Positions 51,795-64,000 of a DNA stretch of 64,000 nt are shown in pieces. The translations under genes were made by a program, and so were the position numbers. Within the stretch, counting starts at the first letter, position 1. Every line of letters begins with the position of its first letter. Under the pieces are notes generated by a model that saw nothing but the letters and a program-made list of their open reading frames with translations, had not been told where the DNA came from and did no database searches. The stretch covers positions 620,001 to 684,000 of the forward strand of contig NW_019028982.1 in NCBI RefSeq assembly GCF_002105155.1, in the 5' to 3' direction. The DNA is from Lobosporangium transversale. Taxonomy: Eukaryota.

Positions 51795-54320
51795 TGCCCT
51801 TCAACAACAACTCGGTGCAAGTAAGGGATGTAAAAAAAGTGTGAAAAGGAAAAAGAAAAAAAGGAAAGAAAAAGAAAGGAGAACAAGGAGAAGAAGAAAG
51901 GAGAGATAATAAAAAAGGGAATGACACGCCACTTCTGACACCTTTACTTTACTTCACTGACGCGAAAAAGAAAAAAGAAGAAAAAATAGTGGTTGCATAA
52001 ATCCCCCTCTCTTTGCATTGTCAGTATCCCCACTTCCCCTTTTTTTTTGTTGATCTGGACATTTGGAGGTTGATATGCTGCACAGGTACACATGCAGAAA
52101 CACATTACATTCATTGGCACACACAACCTTAAGACAAAAGAAGTCTTAATGATTATGAATCATCCTTCACTCCCTCTTTTCTTCCTCTCACTTGATCTTC
52201 TTCAACATCAACACCAACATCGGCATCAACAAAAAAGTTATCAGATAGCAAGTAGGATGTAGAGAATTAACCGATCCAATACAAATGATCTTTCTTTTTT
52301 AAACCCTTTATCAATTGAACTCGAAAGAAAGGTCTTTATATATGTATATTTGGTCATCACTAAAAAGAGGTCCCATTGCTGTTCACTTTTTAAAAGAAAG
52401 GAAGTCGAAAGAAGGGGGAAACTGGTTTTTTTTTTTATTTATTTTTCGCTGTGCCAATGTAAATGTACGGATGTGAAGCGTATTTGTTTCAAAAATAATA
52501 ATCATATCAGCGTGCTCAATGAAGAAACGTGTTCTGGATTCTGCATCCTGGCCCTAGAGAATTTTTTAGTGCACGTGATGGCTCTCTCTCTCTTTGGGGA
52601 TGTTATTTGACTTTTAATAAAAAGACTCGGTATCCATGTCCATATGCCTTATTATTAATACCTAGGCTTAAGTAGGAAGATTCGGCTGCTTATCATGACT
52701 CCTACGTAGTGTGTAGTGTATATGCGATCGGAATAAGCAAGACCGCAAACCTCAACATACAACTTGTATGGCAGCCAGTGAAAGAAGAAAAAAAAAAAGA
52801 ATGAAGGTTTAATCGAGCTTTATAGGTTGGTATACCATAATAGAGTGCAAATAGAAAAGTCCTCATGCCTTTTTTCTTTATTGTTATAATTACTACGGGT
52901 TGTATGTAGGATGTATAATACATGTAGGGCGGGAATGAAAAGCACCACGACCTCGAGAGAAAGGGCAACAATTGATAGTCCAGAGAGAGAAAGAAGGCGC
53001 CATCCAATCAAAGACACGATAGATTGATTAAAGACTAAAGTGACTGCATCTGATGGGCAAAGCAAAAAAAAGAAAAAAAAAAAAAAAAAAGTGTACAGAG
53101 CGATCGATATGCATGTGTACATATATTGTTCTCCACTTCAAATTCAGGTCGTAACTGCTTTAACATTGGTACATACACTTTTTATCTTTTAGAATGGATC
53201 GGCATGGGTCTAATGTTTCCATGAAGAGACATAGCCGTGTATATAAAATGGATCCGTACATATATGCCGGAATACTTTATTAAAAATATAGTAATACAGT
53301 GGAATCTTCGGAGTTGGGTTGAGCATTGTGGGGAGAAGAACACACGGACAAGGACAGGGGCAAGGGGTATAGGAACGCAACCCAGCAACTCAAAAAGAGG
53401 AAAGAATGAAAAAAAAAAAAAAAAAAAAAAAAGATTTACAATCGATTGAAGGATCGATGATAAAACATATATAAAAACAAAAAAAGAACGAAAAAGAATA
53501 CATACGTGGCTGTGAGAACAAAAGGGATTGACTTTAACAATGCATGAATATGATGATATGCAGCAACGTTGGAGGAAGTGTGTGTGTGCAAGGACCCTTT
53601 TTGATGAACTTTTTTTTTTTTTTTCTTTATCACATCTCGACTTTTTTTATGCAAATAAAACATTAAGGTATCATGCTGATCATTTCTGTATGAACTCATG
53701 TCTGTGTGCTTGCAAGTGCGGGGGAATTTCTATCACACTTTATTTTAGACAAGATTGTCACAAAAAGATAATTTCTGATCAGTCCAATCATGTGCCTATC
53801 CATCCTCGTGCTAGACCCATGTAAAAACCAATCTTCCAGTTAAAGATCCCATCGCATATCATATCTCTCCATCTCTTCCTGTAGAAAACACACATAGACA
53901 TTTTCCTCATATCCCAAACCACTGATGAGCACTTTGATTCATCGCTGACAGAATCCATATACACATTCACTAACACATTTCCAACATGCACCATACGCCA
54001 TAGAAAATAGATAGTAGATAATAGATAATAATAAAAAGAAATAACACTGTCCTTATTTTCTTTTTCTTTTTCCTTGTATAAATACCCTTCACTTTTCCTC
54101 TCTTTTTTTCCTTCCTACTTCACTTTTCTCTCTCTCTCTCTCCTTTCCTCGCCTGCTGTTCGTCAGTTTTTATCACCACCCTCATTTTTATCTAATACCA
54201 ACATTGCAATAACAAAGCGTTTTTGGACTTTTCCATTACCAAATAAAAACCTTCGCCTACCAACACCGTATCACATTTCATTACCCTACCTTACTTTTAT
54301 TTAAATAATATCCTTCCAAC

Positions 54321-54706
54321 ATGCCTCCACACGCCAACTCAATCCCCAACGTCTCCTCCAGCCCATATGCTCCCAAGTTCACAGACTCGCTCTCCCGTCT
54401 GACAAATTGGTCCATCATTGAATCTACATTGCGGGAGGGTGAACAATTCGCAAACGCCTTCTTTGACACCGCAAAGAAGATTGAGATTGCCAAGGCCTTG
54501 GATGATTTCGGTGTCGAATACATTGAACTCACCTCCCCTGCTGCCTCTGAACAATCCCGCCAGGACTGTATTGCCATCGCCAACTTGGGTCTCAAGGCCA
54601 AGATCTTGACCCATGTTCGCTGCCACATGGACGATGCTCGCATCGCCTGCGAGACTGGTGTAGATGGTCTTGATATCGTCATTGGTACTAGGTAAAGTTG
54701 CACTTG

Positions 54707-54738
<32 letters not shown>

Positions 54739-54774
54739 GATCCTCTCACTTATTTCTTAACTGACCTTTCTTTT

Positions 54775-54806
<32 letters not shown>

Positions 54807-56077
54807 TTTCGCCCTTGTAATAATAGCTCCTACCTCCGTGAGTTCAGCCACGGAAAGGATATGGAGCGCATCATCAAGGATGCGACCGAGGTCATCAACT
54901 TTGTAAAGTCTAAGGGTTTGGAAGTCCGTTTCTCATCCGAGGATTCTTTCCGCTCAGATTTGGTCGATCTCTTGAACCTTTACAAGGCTGTTGACCAGCT
55001 CGGCGTTAACCGTGTTGGTATTGCTGATACAGTCGGTTGCGCCAACCCTCGTCAGGTCTATGACCTTGTCAAGACCCTCCGTTCCGTCTTGAAGCCTACC
55101 ACTGACATTGAATGTCACTTCCATAATGGTAATAACCTTCAAACAAACGAACAAAAAAAAAAAAAAAAAAAAAAAAAAGCTCACAAAAAAAGATCTTCAT
55201 GCATATCCTGTATTTTTATGTCTTCCATGTCCCCCCAAATCCATGTATCCACATCCATATCTATATCCATCGCGATATGTAGTCTATATAAAAAAAGAGT
55301 CACATTTATATTATCGGACACGTACACCGAGATCGGCAAAAAATCCATCAGTGAGGAATCACACGTAATCCCACGACTACAACATCTTACTGTTTTAGAA
55401 CTTGACTGCTAACTTTAAATTATTTTCGATTTTTTAATAATTTAGACACTGGATGCGCCACTGCTAATGCATATGCTGCCTTGGAGGCTGGTGCTACACA
55501 CATCGATACCTCAGTTTTGGGAATCGGTGAACGCAATGGCATCACACCCATCGGAAATTTGATCGCCCGTATGTACACCGTTGATCCAGACTACGTTGCT
55601 TCCAAGTATAAGCTCACCCAGCTTCGTGATCTCGAAAACTTGATTGCAGATGCTGTCGAGATCCAAGTCCCCTTCAACAACTGCATCACCGGTTACTGTG
55701 CCTTCACCCACAAGGCCGGTATCCATGCCAAGGCCATCCTCAACAACCCTGCCACCTACGAGATCCTCAAGCCTGAAGTCTTTGGCATGACTCGTTATGT
55801 CTCCATCGGTCATCGTCTCACAGGTTGGAACGCTGTCAAGAACCGTGCCGAACAGCTTGGATTGGCCCTGTCTGATGATGAACTCAAGGCCATCACTGGC
55901 AAGATCAAGCAGTTGGCTGATATTAAGAACCAAAGCATGGAAGATGTCGATGGTCTTTTAAGAAATTTCCATGCCTACAAGGTTGCTGGTGATCACTCGG
56001 CCATTCAGAAGCTCTTGGTCGTTGAGCAGGCTGATGCTAGCCCTACCCCAGCACCTATTGAAGTAGCAGTCAACTAA
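54321..56077 (+). CDS. LYS21: Homocitrate synthase; introns ~54692-54826 and 55129-55445
   Basis: Motifs [40 protein letters not shown] and [11 protein letters not shown]. Confidence 0.97.
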
Positions 56078-56395
56078 ACATAAAATAACCACCTCACGCA
56101 TTTGTAAAAGCACTCACATATCAACCATACCTGCATATTCATCTTTCTCCTCTCTTTTCAACGCAAAAACCAAAACTGGAACCAAAACAAACCAAAAAGT
56201 TAAATAAAAATAAAAAAAAAAGAGTGATAGTATAATATCGCTCATTGTACAGTAAAAAAAAAAAAAAGTGCAATGGTCAAGATTGATAGCAACATAAATA
56301 CACGTATACAATTCCTTTCTTTGCTTATTATTTTTGATGTATATATATTTTTTCCATTCTACTGTTTTTTTTTAGTTCTTTTTTTCCTTTTTTTT

Positions 56396-57284
56396 TTACT
56401 TCTTCAAAACGGATTGTCCAATCCTGAAATCCAATCTGGAAAAGACCATTGATGTAGCAAAGATAACCATCAACATTGAGGCCGCAGCAAATGGTTTGAT
56501 GAGGTATGACGATGCAGAGTATTCATATTCCACCAACATCTCCAGTCGTCCATGTTCTTCAATCAGGTTGTGCGCATAGATCGTCACTGTATGTCGTCCA
56601 GCACTATCCATATATGTCTTTGTTGTCGAATTCTCAACCGCATCCACCTCATAAGGCAATTGCACGTTGACGTTTCTATGGAAGAAAAAAAAAAAAAAGA
56701 AAAAAAAAAGAAAGTTAATCGATCAATCAAAGGTCAGACAAAGTATTAAAAATAGATAATACCAATAATAATAGTAATGATAATAAATTAATAAAAAGTA
56801 TGAATAAAGCTTACTTGGCTCCTTCTGGAAGAATGATGCGGATATCAATATCGGTATAGCTGGTTTGAGCCAATGGCACCACAGCAGGGAACTTGAGGAT
56901 ATACTTGTCAGTTCCTGGAACACGACGAAGATATTCATTCAAGGGAGCATTATAGCCCATGTACCAAGTCGTATTCCAGCCTCCAAAGATCGGGAACCGA
57001 GGTTTGAATGTGAGCAAAATATTATCAGGTTGATGTAAGATGGCCGAGGTTGAAATGTTGCCAATCTCATCACGATAATAAATATCGCGTGCCAACTTGG
57101 GGATCTCGGCTCTGAATGCTGTAATCATGTTGCCTTCACGAAGTGTCACCGGGTTACGCATATAATCCAATCTGTTAAACTGACCCTCCAACCTAGGAAA
57201 GAAAAAAAAAAAAAAAAAAAAAAAGACATATGTATTAATATATATTAAGAAAATGATATTGCGATGATTATGTCAATTTCTGAT

Positions 57285-57323
<39 letters not shown>

Positions 57324-58548
57324 TAAAAAAATAAAAAAAAAAAAAAAAGACTTACAAAGCTCCTCGGTTGATAAGATTGTAATGCTCCTCAACAGCGAGG
57401 TTGTTGCCCCAATGAGAGATCTCAATATCGCGACGAAGATGACGAACATGAGGCAAAGGTCCTGGGAGTTGGTATTGGACTTCAAAGATGCCATGCTCCA
57501 ATGGCTCAACATTAGTGAAGGGTCCAAGAACAACCTGGTTGGCTGTGACAGTGGGCACATTCTCCTCCAGATGAAACAAAATCTCCAACGTGCTGGTGGG
57601 TGCACTGTATTAAGGCCAAAAAAAAAAAAAATTGGATGATGGTTATTAGTTGTATTTTTACCCCAGATAGAAATAAATTAAAAAAAGTAAAATATTGGAT
57701 TATAACTTACACAATGGTCGTCTTTTGCTTAGCAGCAGGGTAAGCTGTGAGAGCGAACGAGTTTCCAAAGTACGAGAATTGTTGACGCTCCCCTTGTTTA
57801 ACATGAGTCGGGAAAGGACGGACGAGGTTCGTGAAGTGGGCTGTCACCGTGATCTGAGTCTTTTCATTTGGGGGAAGAGGTGCTGACAGCTTGATGTGGT
57901 AGTATTGATAGTCCCTAGCAATGAAGAAGGGAAAAGAAAAAAGAAAAAGAAAGGGAAAAACCCATTCATTCGGGTTAACCAACGTTAGAAAGGTAAAACG
58001 AAAAAGAGCTTTTTTTTTTTTTTTTTTTTTTTTTTGACGCGCTGACAATAAACAATCACAAGAATACTAAATGGTATAGATGGATATAAAAAGCAAAAAA
58101 AAGGAAACAAAGAAAGAAACAAAGAAAAGACTTACTCGTTATGGTACTTTGGATCTCTAGTCATTTCTAAAGGCTCCTTTGTCTTTCTGTTCTCAGCCTT
58201 GATAAAGGCCAAGTTCTTTAGATAACCCGAATCCAATGGGAAATAATAGTCCGTGACGCTTTCGGTTCCAATGTTCAAGATGGCTACAGAAGTGACTTCT
58301 CGGACAATGGGCTTTGACAGATCAACTGTACGAAGCAAGTTTGTGATCTTGAAGACCTGAGGGACTAAAGGTACATCCCTTGGAGGAGGCTCATCCGAAT
58401 CATCACCTTCATAACCAGAATCGTTCCCTAACCAATCTGTATCTGATTGTTGTCCCTGTCCTTGTCCCTGTCCCTGTACTTTGACCAAACTTGTGAATGC
58501 AAGAGTTGCCAGAAGAGCCACGAGGACCTTACTGGATGAGAATCTCAT
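56396..58548 (-). CDS. OST1: Oligosaccharyltransferase subunit 1 (ribophorin I), multi-exon
   Basis: Signal peptide; motifs RDIEISHWGNNLAVEEHY, IYYRDEIGNISTS and PRFPIFGGW; C-terminal transmembrane helix. Confidence 0.95.
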
Positions 58549-58984
58549 TGTATTCTGATGATGTCGCGTAAAATATATTTAAAGAAAAAGGATTCGTATA
58601 TATTTATGCGCGTTTTTCTTCCTTTCTCTTTTTTTTTTCCTTTTTTCCTTTCTTTTGAGCAGTTATCCTGAAAAGCAAAGCAAAGAAAAGGAGAGAGATA
58701 TAGATATAAAAAAAAAAAAAGAAAAGAAAAGAGATGAAGGAGTAAGAGAATGCAAGAGATGAAAGGACGTGTCTTTAGTGAGCTTTTGTTCCTAGTGAAT
58801 TCACACAACTTTGGGACTGTGTGTGAGAACGAATGGAATTCTTCCAACGGTTGGATCAAAATTGGATGTGATATTCGTGATATTACATGCTTCTCTAAAC
58901 GACGCTCTTTTACTTTTTATTACACGCCTTTTTACAAAAAAAAAAAATCCTAGGTACTAAGCATATTATCCATTGCTTTCTTTT

Positions 58985-60287
58985 CTAGACCTTCTTAATA
59001 ATCTGCACAACATCCTCGTCTGCCAAAACATGCTCCTTTCCAACCTTTTGTGGATTATGCTTTGCTGATGATCCCCAGACCAGAGCACTAAAAAAAAAAA
59101 AAAGAAGCAAAAAATAAAATAAGAATTAGATAAAGACCCGTTACGCGTCGTTCATATCTGCAAATACAAAAAAAAGAAAGAAAGACTTACTATTTAAATT
59201 CACGTAAAATAGCCTTGTGAATAGTATTACAGAATCCTTCAACCGTTGCTGTCTCTCGTCGCAATACCACAGGAGCAGAATAATCCGGCAATTGTCCTTT
59301 CGGTTTAGTATAAATTCGAGCCAGATCCAAATATTCCCAAGCCTTGGATAACAACTCATCAAAGTTCCACTCGTGATGTGCACAGATCGGGACTGCATGT
59401 GGAATCTTACAGACCAACTCCAACTCCTCGATTGAAATCTGATCAATCTTGTTCAAAACATAAATACAGGGGATATACACGCGATTGCCTTCAATCACAT
59501 CGATCAGTTCATCGATCGTCGCATCACATTTGAATGAAATATCCGCATTATGGATCCTGTACTCGCTCAACACTGCCTTGACCTCATCAAAATCTAAATG
59601 GGTCAAGGGTACAGTATTGGTCATACTAATGCCTCCTTTGTCCTTCTTCTTGAAGTAAATGTTGGGAGGCTTTTGATTCAATCGGATACCAAATCCTTCC
59701 AATTCCTTTTCGATAATCCGCTTGTCGCCCAAGGGTTTCAACACATCCAACACTAAGAAAATCAATGAGCATGTTCGAGCCACCGCAATGACCTGACGAC
59801 CTAAAAGTACACAAAATCAAAGGGAGGAATTCGTTGGTTTTTTTGTTTTTTTTATTGCATGAGGACTTAATGATCCTAATAATTGATATTTCAACGACAT
59901 TGAAGAGAAAGGGAAATAAAGAGAGATAAAGAAAAATAAAAAGAAAGAGAGATGTAAACACATACCACGACCCTTTCCATCCTTGGCACCCTCAATAATT
60001 CCAGGAAGATCCAAAATCTGGAGTTTGGCTCCGTTGTACTGAACCACACCGGGCACTGTTGTTAACGTTGTGAACTCGTATGCTGCCACTTCAGAGTGTG
60101 TTCCTGTCAATTTGGACATCAATGTTGATTTTCCAACTGAAGGGAAACCCACGAATCCAATGCGTCCAACTCCTGTCTTGGCGACATCGAAACCCACTAA
60201 TAAATTCGAGGGAAAGGGGAAAAGATGAAGATGTAGAAGAAAATATATATATAGAAGGTTAGTATGAACATAGTTGAAAGAAATTAG

Positions 60288-60319
<32 letters not shown>

Positions 60320-60646
60320 GAAAAAGGGGAAAAAACCTTACCACCAGGACCGCCACCGCCAGCAGAGCTAGGAGTCAACAGCTCACGTCTCAGCTTGGCC
60401 AGCTTGGCCTTGAGCTGACCTAAATGTTGAGACGTTGCCTATGCAAAAAGGGAGAGAAAATAAAGGCAAAAGAAAAGGGGAAGCGAGCCCAATAAAGCAG
60501 TAAGTAATGACATTGTCTTCAGCCACTCTTAACTTTTTTTTTTTCCTGTCCAATAATAATAAATACCAGTTGTCAATGCACACCTTGTTCTTTTGAGTAC
60601 GGGCCATTTCGGCCTCGATCTCTTTGATTTTATCCACAGTCGTCAT
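58985..60646 (-). CDS. RBG1: Developmentally regulated GTP-binding protein 1 (DRG1/Rbg1), multi-exon
   Basis: Motifs [48 protein letters not shown] and NKID; TGS-domain end [10 protein letters not shown]. Confidence 0.96.
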
Positions 60647-61046
60647 TGTTGAATACTAGAGAGGACGAAGAGAGGAGGGGAATGGAGGGTGATTCAAGAA
60701 TGCGATGCGTGGGCAAAAAAAAAAAGAATGAGGGATTGTTTGAATGTCCGATTGAACAGGTGGACTGAAAAATGAATTGTTTCTATTCAATTGTGTAATA
60801 AACATAAAATAGATCTTTTTTTTGTTTGTGTCGTAAAAGCCACCGAGGACTCTTCTCGCTTCTTTTTTTTTTGTCCTTTACACAGTTTCAACTTCTTCCA
60901 TATCCCGATAAAAGAAGAAAAAGTCAGGAAGAGAGGAAGAATCAAAGGTTGTGTGTAACTCAGTAATATACAAGCCCGACTTGTCTTCAGGGACGTAATA
61001 CACATACACATACACACACCAAGACCCCGGATCCAGGATAGTCGCC

Positions 61047-64000
61047 ATGCTTGGATCTGCGCTGAAGACTGTGCTTGTGCCCAGAAGACAAATCACTCTC
61101 ACTCCACTGTCTCTGGCATTACTGAACACTATTAATAAAAGGTCAATCTCCTATCATTCATCAAGAATCCATGCTGGATCTAGATCGACTGTATCTGAAA
61201 GTGGACTACCACTGACCCCACTTCTTCAAGGCTCAGCCTCAGTAACGACAGCAACAACAACAATAGTATCGTCGTCAATGACAGTAGCGACGGCCTCACA
61301 CTCTATCCCCAGCCATCTTCAGACCCGCTGTATCTCAATCAATTCAATATCCCATTCTCCATCAGCTTTAGATAAGCAACTGAACAATATAATTGCTGCC
61401 TCCTTAAATCCTGATATAATCATTGGCGATGTTACGGCTGCAGAGATCAAATGCAACGATCCGCTTCTCTCAAAGAAAACTAAGGAGGCTATCAGACTGG
61501 CCAGGAAGAGAGCCAAAGATGAACAAAATAGAGCAAAAAAAAAGGCTGCTCGGGCTGGCCGTAAGGGTGAGGACCTGATCCGTATTGGGGAGCAAACCCG
61601 TGTGAAAACGTTGGAAATTAATTTAGCCAAACTCCTTCCTCCTGAAGTGCAGTCACCAGTGATTGCAGCAAAGGCAGCAGATTTGGCGAAGCAGAAAGAA
61701 AAGGGGGCACAAGTGTCCGAGCAACTGAAACCGAAAAAAACAACAACACCATCAACAACACCATCAACGGCAACAGCACCAACAACAACAAAGACTAGCA
61801 CAAAGTTGATGAACGGATCAGACGAACAAAGTCCACCAGCCAGTACTCCTGATAGTACCTTAACATCTACAACAGTGAACACCAAGATACTGCCAGCTGT
61901 TGTCCATCATACCTCAGCTAAACAAACACCGCGCACATTACCAACCGCAAGGATAAGACCCGCTGTAGAACATCATCATCGACTAGGACCTTCACATCGC
62001 GCTATGACAAAGCCGGTGGAGTTTGTAGCCGGTTCTGAACCTGTCAGCATACCCATTCAAATATTATGCGATGCTTTGCTGGAAGCCAAAGTGAAGCAAG
62101 TTCGAGATGGGCCTCCTGTCTTTGTTGCATCCACTTATGAAGCAGCAGAACAGGCGATGGAACTCTTTATAGAATATTACAAGGAAGTGAATAGGAGCAA
62201 AGGCAAGGATAAGAATGGTAAAGAAGTTAGTGACGGCGCTCCAGGACCCGTAGGATTTGATACCGAGACCTCAACGTCATTAATCCCAAGGAGTGGGCAG
62301 GATACATCCCTGGTCCAAATCGCGACACGCGACATCTGTTTGATGTTTCAGGTCTACAGGATTGCTACTGACCCACGCTCGCCTCAACGGTTTCCTCCTC
62401 GGCTGAAAGCTTTTCTCGAAGATCCGAATCAGATCAAAGCCGGGGTCGGGGCCACCATGGATGGTGAGCACTTGAAAAGATTCTATGGCGTGAACTGTGC
62501 GGGTATAGTCAGTCTGGAGGCCATGTCTGCTGAACGAAAACTTGCGCCTGTATCATTACAAGAATTGGATGCAATGTTTGGCCTTCCAGGACGTGAAGTT
62601 GTGAAAACCAAGGCAGTCATAAAATGCAACTGGGATAAAAAGCAATTAGATCCAAGGTGGATTTGGTACGCAGCCAAGGATGCGTTTGCGGGCGCCATAA
62701 TTTATGAAAATATGATGGCCAATAATGTCAGGAAAGACTATGTTCCATATAACGAGCAGTTTCCCTTGTCAGAAAAAGAGGAAAACGACGAGATTTTTTT
62801 GCTCTTGGCGCGCTCATTAGGGAAGGGCAAGGTAAAGGAAAGAAAAAAAGCATTCATCCAGATCTTTAAGGAGTAACCATGCTAAATGCTAACTCACTCT
62901 TCTATACACAAATTTTGGGAATTAAAAAAAAAAAAAAAAAAAAAAAAAGTCTGCACCACTCTTTGTTGTTCAAACCATCACCACTAATCACTATCCTCGA
63001 TTCCGCAAGCTTTATCATGTCGAAGAAAGGAAAGAACAAGCCATGAAACGTATTCAGATGCTGTTGGACGAAGGTCGGCTCCGATTAGCTGACGACAGCA
63101 AAAAGACTACTTCCGTATCTGAGTTGGGAAGCAACGATATCATTATAATTAAAGGACAGTCGATCTCTAGCATGATAACAACCCCTGAAGGCGTCGAAGT
63201 CCTTAAGCCATATTTCAACAATCCGCCATTGGATTCATCAGCAATAACTGGAAGCCAAACTATGCTCATAGATAACATCATTAGTAAAGATGGATTATCA
63301 TCTTCTGAAGCTTTTGGAGCTGTAGCTGCTTTGGACCTAGACCTAATGGATCTCAAATTATTCTTGAAAGGGGAGCGTCTTTGGGACCGTGAGCGAAGGC
63401 CCGGTAGTTTGGTTAATACCTATATCCATTTGAGGAACATGGCGAAAAAGGCAGAAGATTTGGTCGATGAGATAAGAGAAGTCGAGTCTGCGGACACGAA
63501 GAGCACATTTAATGGTAGCAACGACAACAACAACAACAACAACAACAGCAACAACAACGATAATAGACCCGATCCAATAGTGACAACAGAGACAAAAGAA
63601 CAGCTACTATCAGAGCCCGAGACGATAACCCCACAACGATCATCTGAAAAGGGTTTTACAGAAGAAGCAGCGATAGTTGAAGCAAGCGTAGCAAAAGAAG
63701 GAGAGCAAGAGGAAGAAGAGGGAGGAAGGGGAGGAGCAAAAGAGAAAAGAGCATTCTTAACGGAATCTAAAATGGTGGATCGCAAAATGAACAGCTTCCT
63801 TGCCGATTTTATCAGACGGCTCTTGGAGCGTGGAATTTTACATTGGGCCAGGGACGGCATAGTGGCCATATCGCCTGAGCTTGAGAAGAAATTGTTGGAT
63901 GCAGTTCCGTCACCACCTCCACAGGCGCTTGAGAATGTGGATTTAAACTCTAATCCAAACTCAACTTTAGATGGAGAAGACCAGGACCAGGATCAGAACG
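61047..64000 (+). CDS. WRN/EXD2-like DEDDy 3'-5' exonuclease with a putative mitochondrial presequence; intron ~62832-62948; runs off the window end
   Basis: ExoI VGFDTET, LVQIAT, FLEDPNQIKAGVG and ExoIII YAAKDA; Arg/Ser/Leu-rich N-terminus. The frame stays open after the intron to position 64000. Confidence 0.8.

Noticed and set aside
54339..55933. Antisense ORFs over homocitrate synthase (similar ones over UAP1 and the subtilisin)
   Set aside because: Expected shadow ORFs from the codon bias of the sense-strand genes.

Overview
Eukaryotic, intron-rich fungal DNA. The gene families and the long poly(A/T) tracts in introns point to Mortierellaceae (Mortierella/Lobosporangium-like), which is my inference. 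Two blocks of housekeeping genes are present: UFD1-like, SRP receptor alpha and UAP1 at 12.8-20.8 kb, and homocitrate synthase, ribophorin I, DRG1 GTPase and a DEDD exonuclease at 54-64 kb; NDUFS6 sits near the start. Accessory stretch 1 (about 4-12 kb) has a 4.4-kb element bounded by inverted repeats, a Tyr/Asn/Ser repeat micro-protein and a KP6-toxin-like secreted Cys-rich protein. Accessory stretch 2 (about 23.8-47.8 kb) has a CXXC-less thioredoxin paralog, a foldback MITE, a canonical thioredoxin, a ~2000-aa NACHT-pentapeptide-WD40 NLR-like gene, two tandem secreted DJ-1/PfpI genes, a Helitron remnant, a frameshifted subtilisin and a truncated S41-like peptidase. The most notable observation is an 8-exon, ~734-aa gene (48503-51615, minus) that the ORF track shows only as fragments. 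It fuses an SPX inositol-pyrophosphate/phosphate sensor domain to a complete zinc-dependent AstE/AspA (M14-like) deacylase. Both thioredoxin genes were also reconstructed by hand from splice sites. Family assignments come from motif recognition only; no database searches were run.
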